The notes under the pieces were generated by a model. The model was not told where the DNA came from. It ran no database searches and was given only the letters and a program-made list of their open reading frames with translations. A stretch of 64,000 nucleotides of DNA from Vicugna vicugna (lineage: Eukaryota): assembly GCA_013265495.1 (NCBI GenBank), contig MU057651.1, forward strand, positions 2,146,948-2,210,947, in the 5' to 3' direction. This document shows positions 26,292 to 39,029 of this stretch, piece after piece. Position numbers and translations under genes: made by a program. Each line of letters opens with the position of its first letter. Position 1 is the first letter of the stretch.

Positions 26292-26939
26292 CATATCAGG
26301 TTTTTTTTTTGTATGCTTCAGATAGAGAATCAGTGTAGCTCAGTTTTTTTTTTTTTAAATAAATTCAATTCCCGGACTCGGAGCAAAGCTTTTGGAAATG
26401 AATGTCGTCAAAGGTAAAAACGTCTAATGTGATTGCTCATTCTATTTGAGATGCAGGTTTTAAAAGTTCAGTGTCGAAAGTGAAATTATTTTTTGATTGC
26501 TACGATGAATACATTGTTGGCAGAGCAGAGCATCCTTATAGAAACATGACCTTCCTGAATCCCTTAGGGAACCAGTAGAGCAGCGATGCCACTGGGGTGG
26601 ACTGTGATGACATTATTATTCTTAATTTGTTCCCACATTGGTTGCCTGGACCCATGCCGGGGTCTTAGGCCAGGCTGAGACCCCTTGTCTCGATCAGAGA
26701 CATTCCATTTCCGATCGGATTTGCACAGCCGAGAACCAAGTCGACCCTGAGGCTGGAACAGCACTGGAATAGAGATGGGGGAAACCTCATTTGCAAATCA
26801 ACTTCCTAAGCCCGTTCAGGTGGAGACACCAAACATGCAGGAGGGCGGAGGCAAAGGAGGGGGAGCTGGATAGAGAGGGAGGGACGTTCATGTGTTTTGT
26901 GCGGACCTGGAACTGATGCAAGTCTCCTTTCCAGTCCTT

Positions 26940-27100
26940 GTACGGGGTTTTCCGGTGGTTGTCATGGCAACCGTCACCTGTCCTGGCGCCAGTGGGTGTG
27001 TCACTCAGCAGCTAACACATCGCAGTGGGCGGACAGCGAGGCTCAAGCTCTCCTGGACGTCATCCTGGGCCCGGCTGGTTCTGCCTGGTTCTTGTTTTGT
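26940..27100. mobile_element. Possible ERV1 internal (MER4-group-like) relic
   Basis: ggtggttgtcatggcaaccgtcacctgtcctggcgccagtgggtgtgtc resembles ERV1 internal 3' segments as I recall them. Confidence 0.4.
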
Positions 27101-30100
27101 TTTGTTTTTTTTCCACTCTGGCTCCTGAAATTCAGACAAGAGCCACTGGTTTCCGTTCGAGGGAGGAGCAGGGGTGTGATTCTGGGGCAACAGCCTTGGT
27201 GACAGTTTGTGTCCAGACAAACTGATACCCCAGAAGTAAGTCGAGAAGGTGTAGTTGTCCAGATTTTAAAATATTTTCAGAATTTTGCGATATACACACA
27301 CATATATCGTCTGAAAACTGAAAAACCAAACCATTGTTTGCTTTCAGATACACCTAGAGTGTATTTCCTTTTGAGAGAGAGTTCAAGGCAGAAGCTCACA
27401 GTTCCTGTGTTCTGCCTGTGAACGAAATTTCAAAACACTTCCGAACGTGCGCGCCGTTAACTGCCAAAGAATATAAGCCCTAATAACGTGCAGCTTCCAT
27501 CTCTGAACTCTCAGTTCTTCGCTTTGTGTGCCATTAAAAATTGCCTTTACAGCTAATAACACGGTGACTATTGAAGTGATTTGAGAACCTTTACAAAAAT
27601 GACCCAGTTCTTTAAAAGAAAAAAAAAAGGTTAAACCTATCCCATAGAGATGTGCGGACTTTAAATTAAGAATTACAGCCGTGATGCTCAGGGAGCTAAT
27701 TTAAATACCCAGAGCTCAGTGGACCATTGCAGACGTTTCTCACCCTGCCTTGTGTAATCAGACTTAATTAAATTTAGACATTCCTCGAATGATCACTGAA
27801 AACTGTCTCCAACATTTTGCAAAAACTGATCTTAAATGCAGGGGAAACCGGTATCGAGAAATAAGCTCAATTATGAACTTGCCGGGCCAGGCAGGGGCAC
27901 GGGGGTCCCCGGGACACGTGAAGGACTCTGGGGTCCCCTTTATTGGCGGAAAGTGAAGAATGGGCCTTCACTGGAAGATCCGCCTTGAAATCCCAAAGGC
28001 CGGATGGAGGAGTTCTGGACGTGGACCCAGAGCACTTCATCGGAACGGGGTTGGGGGGCTTCTGTTTGGGGGAAATCACTGGCTTTGTGTGTCTTCTTTG
28101 ATCAAAGCTGGAAAGCATCCATGAAAAAGCGAGCTTTATCCGCTGCATCCCACTTCATTTTACAAAGTACTTGACGAGGCTGATGGAAGACACCGGACTA
28201 TGAAGAGATGTCAACTTTAAAAAAGGAATGCGATTTGAATCAAAGGAGAGAAAAAAAAAAGTAAGCTTAATAGCAAAGTTAGGACCCCCAATGCTTTCCA
28301 AAGGTCACAGACACATACTGGAGATGGAAAACAAACTTCACTTTACACTTGCGAGTGGCCAGCGGGGCAGAAATTTAAAAAATCTGACCTCTTACGTGCC
28401 CCCTGGTGCTCATAAGACAGATAAAACATTTTGCTGAAGAGGGCGGTATTTCTTTCTTTTTTTGAGGCCCTGGAGGAATTGTCCCATTAGTTCTTACGAT
28501 ACAACATAATTTTTAAAAACATCTTTGACATCCTTACAGAAAATAGAACCATGAGGTTGGAAAGTCTGCTTTTAGCCTCTTGTGTGTGCGATGGGATAGC
28601 GCCAAGCGGAGCTCGGAGGAAGGGATGTGAAGACAAGCCAGAGCTCTGCAGCCCGGATGAGCGGGTCTGGGAGGGTCTGGGGAACCCGAGTGGGGGTTCA
28701 CAGCAGCGCTGGGGCAAGGACCGCTGCCCACGTGGGCGAGCCTTGTGGTAGGAGCCGGGAGGCAGAGCCCACTCGTAATATTAAGAAGGTCATGATCATA
28801 ACTGTCATGTATTTTTCAAGGCCCCCGAGTTTCCGGGAAATCCTCTGAGCTTTTAATCAATATTGTATCATTTAGAGCTCATGAAATAAATATGAGGTAC
28901 ATTTTACAAATCAAAAAGCAAGCCTCAGAGGCGGTCTGTAAGGTGCCCCCCGTCACACAACTATTAAGGGTTGCTAAGGACTGAATTACTCCCGGACTTG
29001 GAGAGGCCATGGTGTCCACGTGCGAGCAGTGTCCGGCGCTCTGTCACACGGCCCCGATGCCGTTAGAACTGGGGGCACTCTGCTCAGAAGTGTCTGGAGT
29101 CCCACCGACATTCTTGTTTGTGCTGAAATCTGTTTCACAGTCTCGTGCCTGAAGCAGAGAGAAACCTGGGGGAGGTCTGGGGAGGATGGACGCCTTCCAT
29201 ACGAACAGAGATGCAAGCAGAAACTGCGCCTGGCTTCCCTTCCTGAGGCCGAAGGCCCCCGCATGGTGCCCGGGGCTGGGGGCCAGGACTACGTGTGTTG
29301 GACCAGTGCCCGTCGGAGCCACGCCATCACCGGAAACGTCCTGAGACGAGAGCTGCACACAGATAGAACATCACTGGGGATGCAGCGGGGGGTGGGGGTG
29401 GTCCTCCGACAGGAACCCAATTTACCACGGAGGTCAGGAGCCCACGCTTCGAGAACCCACAGTTACCGCACTGGCATCAGAATCACGATTTTATTGTTCA
29501 TCTTCCCAAATGGGTGAGTCTCACTGGGAAAGTGTAGTCAGCTGACAGAAATTAACGTGACTTAATTTCTGGTAACCGTAGTTTGTCGGCTTTCGTTTTG
29601 TTAAAATGTTACGGTCTTTTCTTGGGAATCCTGACTTGGCGCGAAAGGATCTTGGAAGGTCGGTGTCCTGAGGTGTGGACTTCCTGTGGCTGAAGACGGA
29701 TCTCTGTTTGGGGCAGTTCCTCTTGGCCCCAAAGGTTCTCTGTGGGAGGCAGGGTTCCCAGAGACGGGCCGTTGTGTGTCATTTTAGCGGATGGGCAACA
29801 TCCCTTTAGTGGTTAACTTGCAGCAGAAGCAGTAGATACGGAGGTGAACGTAAAGGAAACAGACCCAACGTGGGGTCGGAGTTTCTCTCCCCCGTTACCC
29901 CCGGGCCTGAGCTCCTGATGTCCCCCGAGGGACATGCCTTCCTCATTTGGGGCCCTGCAGAATTGAGGCCGAGCGTTACCTCCTAGAAAGCCTGAGAGTC
30001 TGAGACAGACAACTTTTCCCCTGTATCCTCATCACTCCACGTTGTTGTCATCACTTGCCTTGCTTCTCCCGCTGGACTGCGAGCACCAGACGGACATCTG

Positions 30101-31478
30101 TCTCGGTCTCCACGGTGACCAAAGAGTTGCTGACACATAGATTCGCCCCCGCGCGTCCCTGCAACTGCCTGTGTCTCAAATTAGTCCATAATTTCATGAC
30201 ACAGGAAGGCGTCCATCTCCCCTTTTCTGTGTACTGAGCAGTATGTAAATTTCCCGAGCATCACTTGACAGGCAGAAACCCCGGCGTCTCGATCCCTCTG
30301 CCACCTCGGCGCTTTGTGCCGCAATGAGGTAAAATATTATGATCCAAGTATCTGGTTGTTTCTCGCTGAAGGAATAATTAGCGGGCTGGCAGATTGCATC
30401 GGTGAATTATTCAGCGTGAGGCTGTGGATTTGCTCCCCGCAGAATTTCACTCTGGCTGGCAGGGAGCAGAAGGGCCGCGCTGCAGAGCTTGGATGGATGT
30501 CTTTGAAAATGTCGTCTCCGGCTTTGCAAAGAGCTTTAAGAGGACACCAGGCCAGAGAGGATGGATGGGTTTTATAAGGGTCACTGGCAGGGTGTCAGGC
30601 CTTCCCGTGGGAGGCAATATGAAGAAACACAGAAGGTGGAGGATTTTTATAGCATGGTGACCGATGAGGCTCTGACCCCACCTCTGGTAACACCCATGTC
30701 GGGACCTTGACAGGGGACGCGCTGTCTGTAAGCCGTGGCTTTTCCCATTTCACCTGGCGGCACGATGTCACCGTGTTGCGGGGCTGTCACGTGGGTCATG
30801 TGGGAGTGCACATGTGGCCCTGAGCACAGGCCTGGGCTGCGGTTGTTGAACACCGGTCCTGTGCTGTCACCGTGACCCTCTTGGGGACACACGTTTCATA
30901 GCGTCGAGGAATTATGTGGCCAACAGAGCAGGAGACCACTGCCGTTAAAAGCAGACTTGGTTTTGCTCGCATCTCCCCGGAGGAAGGGGCCACGGGTGGA
31001 AGAGCCAGGGTCAGCCAGCAGTCCGAGGAAGAGGACACTGTGCGCAAATGAGCCTTTACCATGGTTTCTGCTTCTGTGGGGAGGATCAGGTAAGGCAGGG
31101 TGTGCAGGCTGAGGACTAGTACTTTGAGTAACTTCAGGGCTTGGGGCCCCGGGGTGCCCCTTGCTGTCTGGTCCCTGGCCTCGGGGGGGTCACAGCAAAG
31201 GGATGGTGGCCCCGAGTGTGAGCCCCTTGGGGAAGAGGCTGGAGGTTAGATCACATGTGGAAGGCGCCCTGGGGGTGGGGGTGGGGCTGGCTTCCTGTCT
31301 CTAGGAGTTAGCCGAGCTGGGAGGGGCAGCCCCCAGGGGCAGGGGGCCCCGGACGTCGCAGCCTGAGAGCTCAGGAAGTCACACGCTGGCCGATGGAGCA
31401 GGGCTGCCCCGTGGGCCTCTTCCCTACGACCCACGCACAGGCTGGACCAGGCTCTGCGAGGAAACACCACAGGCGTCC

Positions 31479-32368
31479 TTTTTCTTTTCTTGTTTTTTTA
31501 AATTGAAGGATAGTTGACTTACAATGTTGTGCTGGTTTCAGGTGTACAGCAAAGTGATTCAGTTATGCATATATATATATGTTTTTTTCAGATTCTTTTT
31601 CATTATCGGCCATTACAAGATACTGAATATATTTCCCTGTGCTGCACAGCAGGACCTGGTTGTGTATCTGTTTTACATACAGCAATGTGTATCTGCAAAT
31701 CCCAAACTCCTAATTTATCCCTCTCCTTCCTCTTCCACCTGGTAACCATAAGTTTCTTTTCGATGCCTGTGAGTCTGTTTCTGTTTTCCAAATAAGTTCA
31801 TTTGAATCCTTTTTTTTTTTTTAGATTCCACATAGGAGCGATCTCATATGGTATTTTTTTTCTCTTTCTGGCTGACTTCACTTAGAATGACATTCTCCAG
31901 GGACATCCATGTTGCTGCAAATGGCGTTATGTTGTTATTTTTCATGGCCGAGTAGTATTCCATTGTATAAATACACCACAGCTTCTTTATTCACTCATCT
32001 ATCGATAGACATTTAGGCTGTTTCCATGTCTTGGCTGTTGTAAATAGTGCTGCTGTGAACATTGGGGTGCAGGTGTCATCCTGAAGTAGATTTCTTTCTG
32101 GATACAAGCCCAGGAGTGGGATTCCTGGGTCATATGGTAAGTCTATTCCTAGTCTTTTGAGGACTCTCCACACTGTTTTCCACAGTGGCTGCACCCAACT
32201 GCATTCCCACCAACAGTGTAGGAGGGTTCCCTTTTCTCTGCAGCCTCTCCAGCATTTGTCATTTGTGGACTTTTGAAGGATGGCCATTCCGGCTGGTGTG
32301 AGGTGATGCCTCATTGTAGTTCTGACTTGCATTTCTCTGATCATTAGCGATGTTGAGCACCTTTTCAT
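31479..32368 (-). mobile_element. 5'-truncated L1 with ORF2 C-terminus and 3' UTR
   Basis: Minus-strand translation [25 protein letters not shown]...[16 protein letters not shown]...[24 protein letters not shown] matches the L1 ORF2 Cys-rich domain. A T-rich tail starts at 31479. Confidence 0.95.
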
Positions 32369-33074
32369 TTCAGCACCTTCCTGTGAAGAGACTTGGACTT
32401 TCTTGGGTCCACATCCCTTAACGAGGCCACAGGGAAATGACATTGACCAAAACGGCACCAAAAGACGTACTTAAAGACCGTTCACCCCCGAAGATCCCTG
32501 GGAAGGACGAGTTATGAGAAAACGGGAGAGGCTGTGTTTTCATTTATGGATTTCGTGTCAATATTTGCTACTCAGCGCAGACAGGAGGGGACGGTAGTGG
32601 ACAGGAGGGGACAATCGTGACAGAGATGCCTGGACTAGGAGGGACGGGGCTGCACAGCTGACATAAACAACTCGTTTGTTACAAGTGAATAAATGGGTGG
32701 ACGGATGACCCCAGGAACAAGGAAAGTCCGAGGAACCCACTCCTCTGAGCCCTGGCTCCTCACAGCTCGGGGCCGGAGACCCACGGACCGGTCCTCAGGT
32801 ACACCTGTCAATCAGCTGTGAACCTCAGGTGGCGACGATGTCCCCAAGACACGTGTGCAGAGTCAGGAGGCCAGCAGACCTGCCCACGTGGATTCCGGGG
32901 CCGACTGCTTACAGCAGCACGGGTTTTATGGCGGGAAAACGACATCGACGGTGAGACAGACTCAGTTAATAACCCGTTTTCCTGACAACACCTGTATGCT
33001 TGTGTTTTGAGGTGACGTTAGTGGTTTGTCTAGAGCTTAGAGAACAGGTTCAATTAGTTGAGGACAAGCTCTGT

Positions 33075-33210
33075 TTTATTTGTTATTTTATTGAAGGAAA
33101 GTTGAGTTAGTTTCCGGTGCACAGCACAGTGATCCAGCCACACATATATTCCTGTCCGTATTCTTTCCCGTTATGATTTATTACAAGACACTGAATATAA
33201 TCCCCTGCAC
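33075..33210 (-). mobile_element. L1 3' end fragment
   Basis: ttttattgaaggaaagttga...gcacagtgatccag...attacaagacactgaatata parallels 31497-31635. Confidence 0.7.
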
Positions 33211-34091
33211 GGCATTCTTCTTGTTTTAAAGCAGACACCAGGCGTAGTCCTCTTTTTCCAAATTACTTCTGTGTGCGTTTCGAAATATCCGTTGCTGGTT
33301 TATCTCCTTGGTCACAAATCGGTGGAGGATGTCACTTATTCAGTGCTTGGGAGATGTGGTTCACCCAGTTCAGGGCCACTGTGTCTCCCTGGGGAGTGCG
33401 TGCATGTCTCATAAGGGCGTCAGAATCGTCCAGAAGCAGAGAGAGGACTACAAGGTTCCCACGGATGCACCGACGGCAGACTCTTCTGAGTGTTCACATG
33501 CAGCATTTAGACAGTCTCGTGTAGGGAGGTAGTGAAAGATGGTTATAAGGAAAGATGTTTTCTTGTCTCAAATTTATGTCGGGTTTTCTAGAATATAATT
33601 ACATACATAATATAAACTACAACTTAGGAAAATATCAGCTGTTTCTCTTTCTGAATTACGAGGAGTTTTTCAAAACCCTGCAAGAGAGGGATCATTTACT
33701 CTTTCATTCACTTTTTTCTTCCCCATAAATATTCACAGACCGCTATGTGCTTAAATCCTGCAGCAATTCGTTGGCATAATTATGAGTAACGTGTGTCATC
33801 ACAACGTTTAGGGGACGAGACAGACATTGGCCGTGATTCCATGTGATGATTGCTGTAAATGAAGTATTCACGAAACACACAGTAAGAGGAGGGCTCTTTC
33901 CACCCAGGGCCCCAGGGAGGGATGGAGGGGTCTGAAGGGTGTGCTCACCAGTCCAGGTGGAGAAGGGGATGGGGGAGTATTCCAGAGAGAGGAAAGATTT
34001 TAAAAATGAAGGCCTACAATAGGTTAGAAAAATTACAGATAGGACAAAACCATGACTCACATGCTATAAAGTTAGGAACTAGATACGGGGA

Positions 34092-34652
34092 CCCCAGTGT
34101 TCATGGCAGCACTGTTTACAGTAACCAAGACATGGAAGCAACCTAAATGTCCATCGACAGATGACTGGCTAAANNNNNNNNNNNNNNNNNNNNNNNNNNN
34201 NNNNNNNNNNNNNNNNNNNNNNNNNNNNNNNNNNNNNNNNNNNNNNNNNNNNNNNNNNNNNNNNNNNNNNNNNNNNNNNNNNNNNNNNNNNNNNNNNNNN
34301 NNNNNNNNCCATATGACATCACTTATATGTGGAATCTAACAAAAAGGACACAAATGAACTTATTTACAAAACAGAAACAGACTCGCAGACATAGAAAACA
34401 AATTATGGTTACCAAAGGGGAAAAGGGGTGGGGAGGGATAAATTAGGAGTTTGTGATTAACATATACACACTACTACATATAAAACAGATAAATAACAAG
34501 GTCCTACTGTACAGCACAAGGAACTATATATACTCAATATCTTGAGAATATGAAAAGGAATACATGTATGTATGCATATGACTGAAACACAGTGCTGTGC
34601 ACCAGAAATTGACACAACATTGTAAACTGATTATACTTCAATTTTAAAAAAT
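34092..34652 (+). mobile_element. L1 3' end containing an assembly gap at 34174-34308 (135 N)
   Basis: [24 protein letters not shown] followed by a 3' UTR that is the reverse complement of 31500-31850. Confidence 0.92.
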
Positions 34653-34929
34653 TAGATGCTACAATCCTTGTGTCATGGTTACTCCTAAGTTTTCAAAATA
34701 GCTTCGTTTTTTTTTTTTCTGGATCCTTTTGCAAAATTTTAAATCCCAATTTTGCTATCTTTTGGTCCAAGAAATTATAATAAAAGAAAGTCTTAAAAAA
34801 CGATCCGTTCCTCCCACAAGGGTTGGAATGGGAAAGCCGGCCAAGAGAAAGTGATGGGGAGGAGGAAGGTGGGCTGGACGTCTCTTGACTTGCCTGGGAA
34901 ACTGAGCCCCACGGCCCTGCGTGGCCCAC

Positions 34930-35390
34930 TTCTCCTAGACGCGCCCCCCCAAGATGTGCAGCGCGCTGTCCACAGAGAGACGTTTACAGAAACGAACGTG
35001 TCTGCCTTAGTCAGGACAGCCCCAAACAGGAAACAGCCTCAGTGCCCGTCTCGGGGAGACTGGATTAACCAGCGATGGCAAGTTCATGGAGCAGAGAACC
35101 TCTCAGGTGTCAACAGGAATGAACTGATTCTGATACGCAAGGCACGGCCGAATCTCAAAAACATGCCGCTGAATGAAGAGTTACGTAATCTACGTTTCTG
35201 TTTATTTGAAGTTCAAGGACAGGAAAAGCAATCCCTGGTGGGAGAAGAGAGGACAGTGACTTAAGTAGTGAGGGGCCTGCAGAAGCGTCCTGGGGTGGTG
35301 GCTTCACATGTATGTACGTGTGCAGATAGTCATCAAGCCGTAGGATTTGTATGTTCTGCTGTACAGAAAAGTGAAGAGTTAAGAAGATGA
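34930..35390 (+). mobile_element. Ancient L1M 3' fragment
   Basis: acagccccaaacaggaaacagcctcagtgccc...gaatctcaaaaacatgccgctgaatgaa are L1MC/ME-like motifs. Confidence 0.6.
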
Positions 35391-36249
35391 TAAGTGACGG
35401 TGGTGACAGTCACCTGGGTAATAAAGGATGGGGCACGTCGTAAGGGTTGAGGTTTGCACACCTGCACAGCTGAGCTGGGGCCGCAGACCCCACGTGCGTC
35501 CAGAAAGCCGACCGACGTGGGCTCCCGGTTTCAGTAAGATGTAGGCAACCATGACAGGACTGTGAGCAGATGACAGAGAACTTCCCTGTCAATCTAGACA
35601 CCTGACAGATCAGGAAATTAGCCCCACTGTCTCTTTTCATTCTGATCTTCCTTAATTCAAGGAACTATCAAAACACGGATTAATTAACAGAAACCCAGGC
35701 AAGAGGCCGTGGAACTGCTCCAGGGAACACGCTGGGCTCTCTTAGAAGAAAACGCCTTCGGAATATGAGTTTTCATCAAAAATGATCAAACATACCAAAA
35801 AATGCAAAGCCATGAAGTAGACCCCAAAGAACCAACAAGTTGGAAATTTGTCCCCGTGTGCACTGTGACAGTGACGTCACAGGGTAATTCTGGAGCCCCC
35901 CCACCCCCCGACAGTGCAGATTAAGTGCTGAAAATGCTCAGCGTGTGGGACCCGGGGATTCTGCTCCTGGAAGGTTATCTGAAGGAAATAACCCACTGCG
36001 AGGGCTGTGACTTACGTGGGAGGCTGTATGAGGCTTGTAAACATTTGATTTTGATAAGGACCCTAAGAGACAGAGGCGGAGTGAGTTGAGTCCATATGGA
36101 AGGAGACTAAAATGTATCGTCCAAGAACATTGGAAAATGCAGGGGAGTTTCCCACATGGGGAGCAGTTCTGGTTGGTTCCGTGGGAAACGCATACGCCAT
36201 TCAGGGAGGAGGCCAGGTTTCGGTTTTTCTGCTGGCCGCTTTGTGGTTG

Positions 36250-36335
36250 CCAGGCCTTGCCAAGTCCCTGAGTCTCTGTGAGCCTCAGTTTCCAGATCTG
36301 TAAAGTGGGGACACAGCACCTGCCTCATGCATTTC
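36250..36335 (+). mobile_element. MIR core
   Basis: ccttgccaagtccctgagtctctgtgagcctcagtttccagatctgtaaagtgggga matches the MIR core. Confidence 0.75.
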
Positions 36336-37509
36336 TAAAAATGACTAAATGTACAGACAAGCTCTTTTAAGACCACCAGCTCATACCTCAGTAGAAGGCC
36401 ATTCTCCAGGTGTGTTCAGGGATGTGCTTTTTACATAATTCAGATTTAATTTAGTGCTTCAGTTAAATTCTTATTTGGGGAAAGTTGTATGAGGCAGCTC
36501 CGGGGCGGGGTTGGGGGGAGAATTTCCTTTTCGGAATCCTTGACACTTCATCCTATTTCCAGATCCCCCTTCCTCCTCCCTGTCTCCTGACAGTGTGTAT
36601 CTGTCTTCAGCCATTACCTGTCAACGCGGCTTTATTTGCTATGCATAAATATGGCTTAATTAGCGGGAAGACGATTCCTTAATTACACTTGTAGAGCTCC
36701 TCTCTGTGCGCAGCCTTCCTGTCTAAGGTACGGGACGCCACCTGCCAAGTCAGCTTAAAACCCGGCGTCTGAATGCATCAGCGCGGTGCTGGGGACGTGG
36801 TCCTCCGACGGCGGGTTTGCCCAATCCTTCTGACAGCTTTGGGGGGTTCACACGCACCTAACCACAGCCATTCCTTAAGACACCCCTGAGCTGCAGAACC
36901 TTCTATTTGGATGCAAGTCTCTTCCAGAATCAGAGGTGACGCCAGACGGGACTGGGAGGGAAGATGCAGCCGCCAGCATCCGTCACGGTGGCGTGAGAGT
37001 CACAGGGGAAGACAGGCCGGAAGGACACAGCACTTTCCTGGGGCGTCTTCACCCGGTTAGTCGTCCATCCGCCTGTCCTCGCCTTCCTCTGTTAGCACCG
37101 TCCCTGGACCTGGGCCCAGGCTCGTGGAGGGACACGTTGTGGCGTGTCGCTGTTCTGATTTCTCCGTCGGCGACGGAGGACACGGGGAGCCGTGGACTGG
37201 GGCTACGGGCCTCAGGCCTGGTCCGAACTTTCGGGCATCAGCTGCTTTTATGGAAGACTTTGTAAGTATTATTCTGAAGCAGGCAGTAGTCCCCACCTTC
37301 CCGCCGGCTCTGATCTGAACCTGGGCGAGTTCGGCGAGTGTGTTAAAAGCTGTGTGCTCCACTGTTACGGGGGCGAGCATCCTGCATCCCTTAGGCGAGG
37401 CTTCCTTCTCCGTTCTCAATGTCTTCAGACTGTTTGAAGCTGTTTTATCGTCTCCTTCCATTGCCTCAAAGGCCACCCATCACCTCACGCAGGCACCTTG
37501 TTTTGTTTT

Positions 37510-38850
37510 TTTGTGAGGACACATGAGATCTACTCTCTCTGGAAATTTCAAGATGCAACACATTATTATTAACCGCAGCTGCCACGCTGCACGCTCGGTC
37601 TCCAGACTTTATCTTATAAAGGAGGGTTTGTGCCCTCTGACCGGCGTCTCCCCGCTTCCTCCTCCTCCCCGGGCCCGGGTAACCACAGATCTGCTCCTTC
37701 CTTCTGTGGTTCTGCTTTTGGAGAAGTCATGCGTGCGATCCTGCAGCGTCTGTCTCTATGCGTCTGGCTGATTTGACTCGGCCCGATGTCGCCCAGTTGC
37801 TTCCGTGCTGTTGCTAGCGGCAGGGTTTCCTTCTGTATTAAGGCTCCGGCTCTGCAAACACTGCCTTTCCTTTATCTGTTAATCCTTCACGGCCATTCAG
37901 GGTGATGCTTCCCTTGGCTGTTGTGGGCAATGCTACGGCGAACCTGGGAGGGCAGGCGTCTCTTTGAGACGGTGCATTTTTGCTTCCCCTAGATCTGCAC
38001 CCGGATGTGGGAAGTGGAATTACTGGATGGTACGGCGGTATCATTTGAACATCTTTGAGGAGCCTCCATACCGTCTTCCCTAATAGTTGTACCGATTTAC
38101 GCTCCCATCAACAGTGCACACGGGGTCCCTTCTTTCCGCATCTTTGTCAACACTTGTTAACTTTTTTTTTTTAAGAGTAGTTTAATCCCGCCTGACATTG
38201 CCTGGTGGGTTTTACGAGCATTTATTTCTCTGGTGATGAGCCATGCTGAGCGTCTTGTTGCGTCCTCCTTGGCCATCTGTAGCCCATTTTTAGAAAAATG
38301 TCTACCCAGGTTCTCTGCCATTTTTTTCCCCCACTGGGTTCTCTCTTTCTTTGTTTTAGCCACTGAGCTGTATACGTTTCTTGTGCGTTTTGGGTATTAG
38401 CCCCCTGTGGGAAGTATGGTTTGCCACGCTGTCTCCCCTTCTGCGTGTTCGCTTTTCATTTTGCTGGTTGCACCCCTTTCTAGTCTCATTGGTTTCTTCT
38501 TTTTTTTTTTTCCTGCGCTTTCCAAGAAATCATTGTCAAGACCCCCGTCAAGGAGCTTCCGACCCCCTCCAAGTTTTCTTCTAAGAGTTTTACGGTTTCA
38601 GGTCTTACGTTTCGAGTCTTCACTCCACTTTGTGTTGGCTTCCGCGTATGGCCCATCTGCGTGCCTAACACCAGCTTTCCCAGCACCAGTTTTTTTCCTC
38701 ACTGTGTGTTCTCGTGCCTCTGTGGGAGATCAGTTGATCTACACATGTGCTTTATTTCCACAGCCCTTCAGTTCATTCTGCTGGTCTCTGTGTCATTGTT
38801 AGGTTTTGATGACTATTAACTTTGTAATATAATCTGTTTCTTGGTAAATT
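37510..38850 (-). mobile_element. L1MA/MB-like 3' UTR plus ORF2 relic
   Basis: atgagatctactctct, agtggaattactggat, gctcccatcaacagtgcac and tttctctggtgatgag are antisense L1 motifs. Confidence 0.8.
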
Positions 38851-38884
38851 TATTTCTTTTAATTTTAAAATCTTTTAATTTAAA

Positions 38885-39017
38885 TTTTTTTTAATTTTTA
38901 AAATTTGGGGGGGTAGGTTAGGTTTATTTATTAATTTCTTCATGGAGGGACTGGGGACGGAACCCAGGACCTCACGCCTGCTAAGCACGTGCTCTACCGC
39001 TGAGCTGCACCCTCCTC
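38885..39017 (-). mobile_element. tRNA-Ala-derived camelid SINE, long form
   Basis: The reverse complement reads gggtgcagctcagcggtagagcacgtgcttagc...gtcctgggttccgtcccc...aataaataaacctaacctaccccccc. Confidence 0.9.
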
Positions 39018-39029
39018 CTGCAATACTCT

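Noticed and set aside
31991-32461. 156-aa host gene or active L1 ORF2
   Set aside because: Only the ORF2 C-terminal fragment of a truncated L1; the upstream part is unrelated flank.
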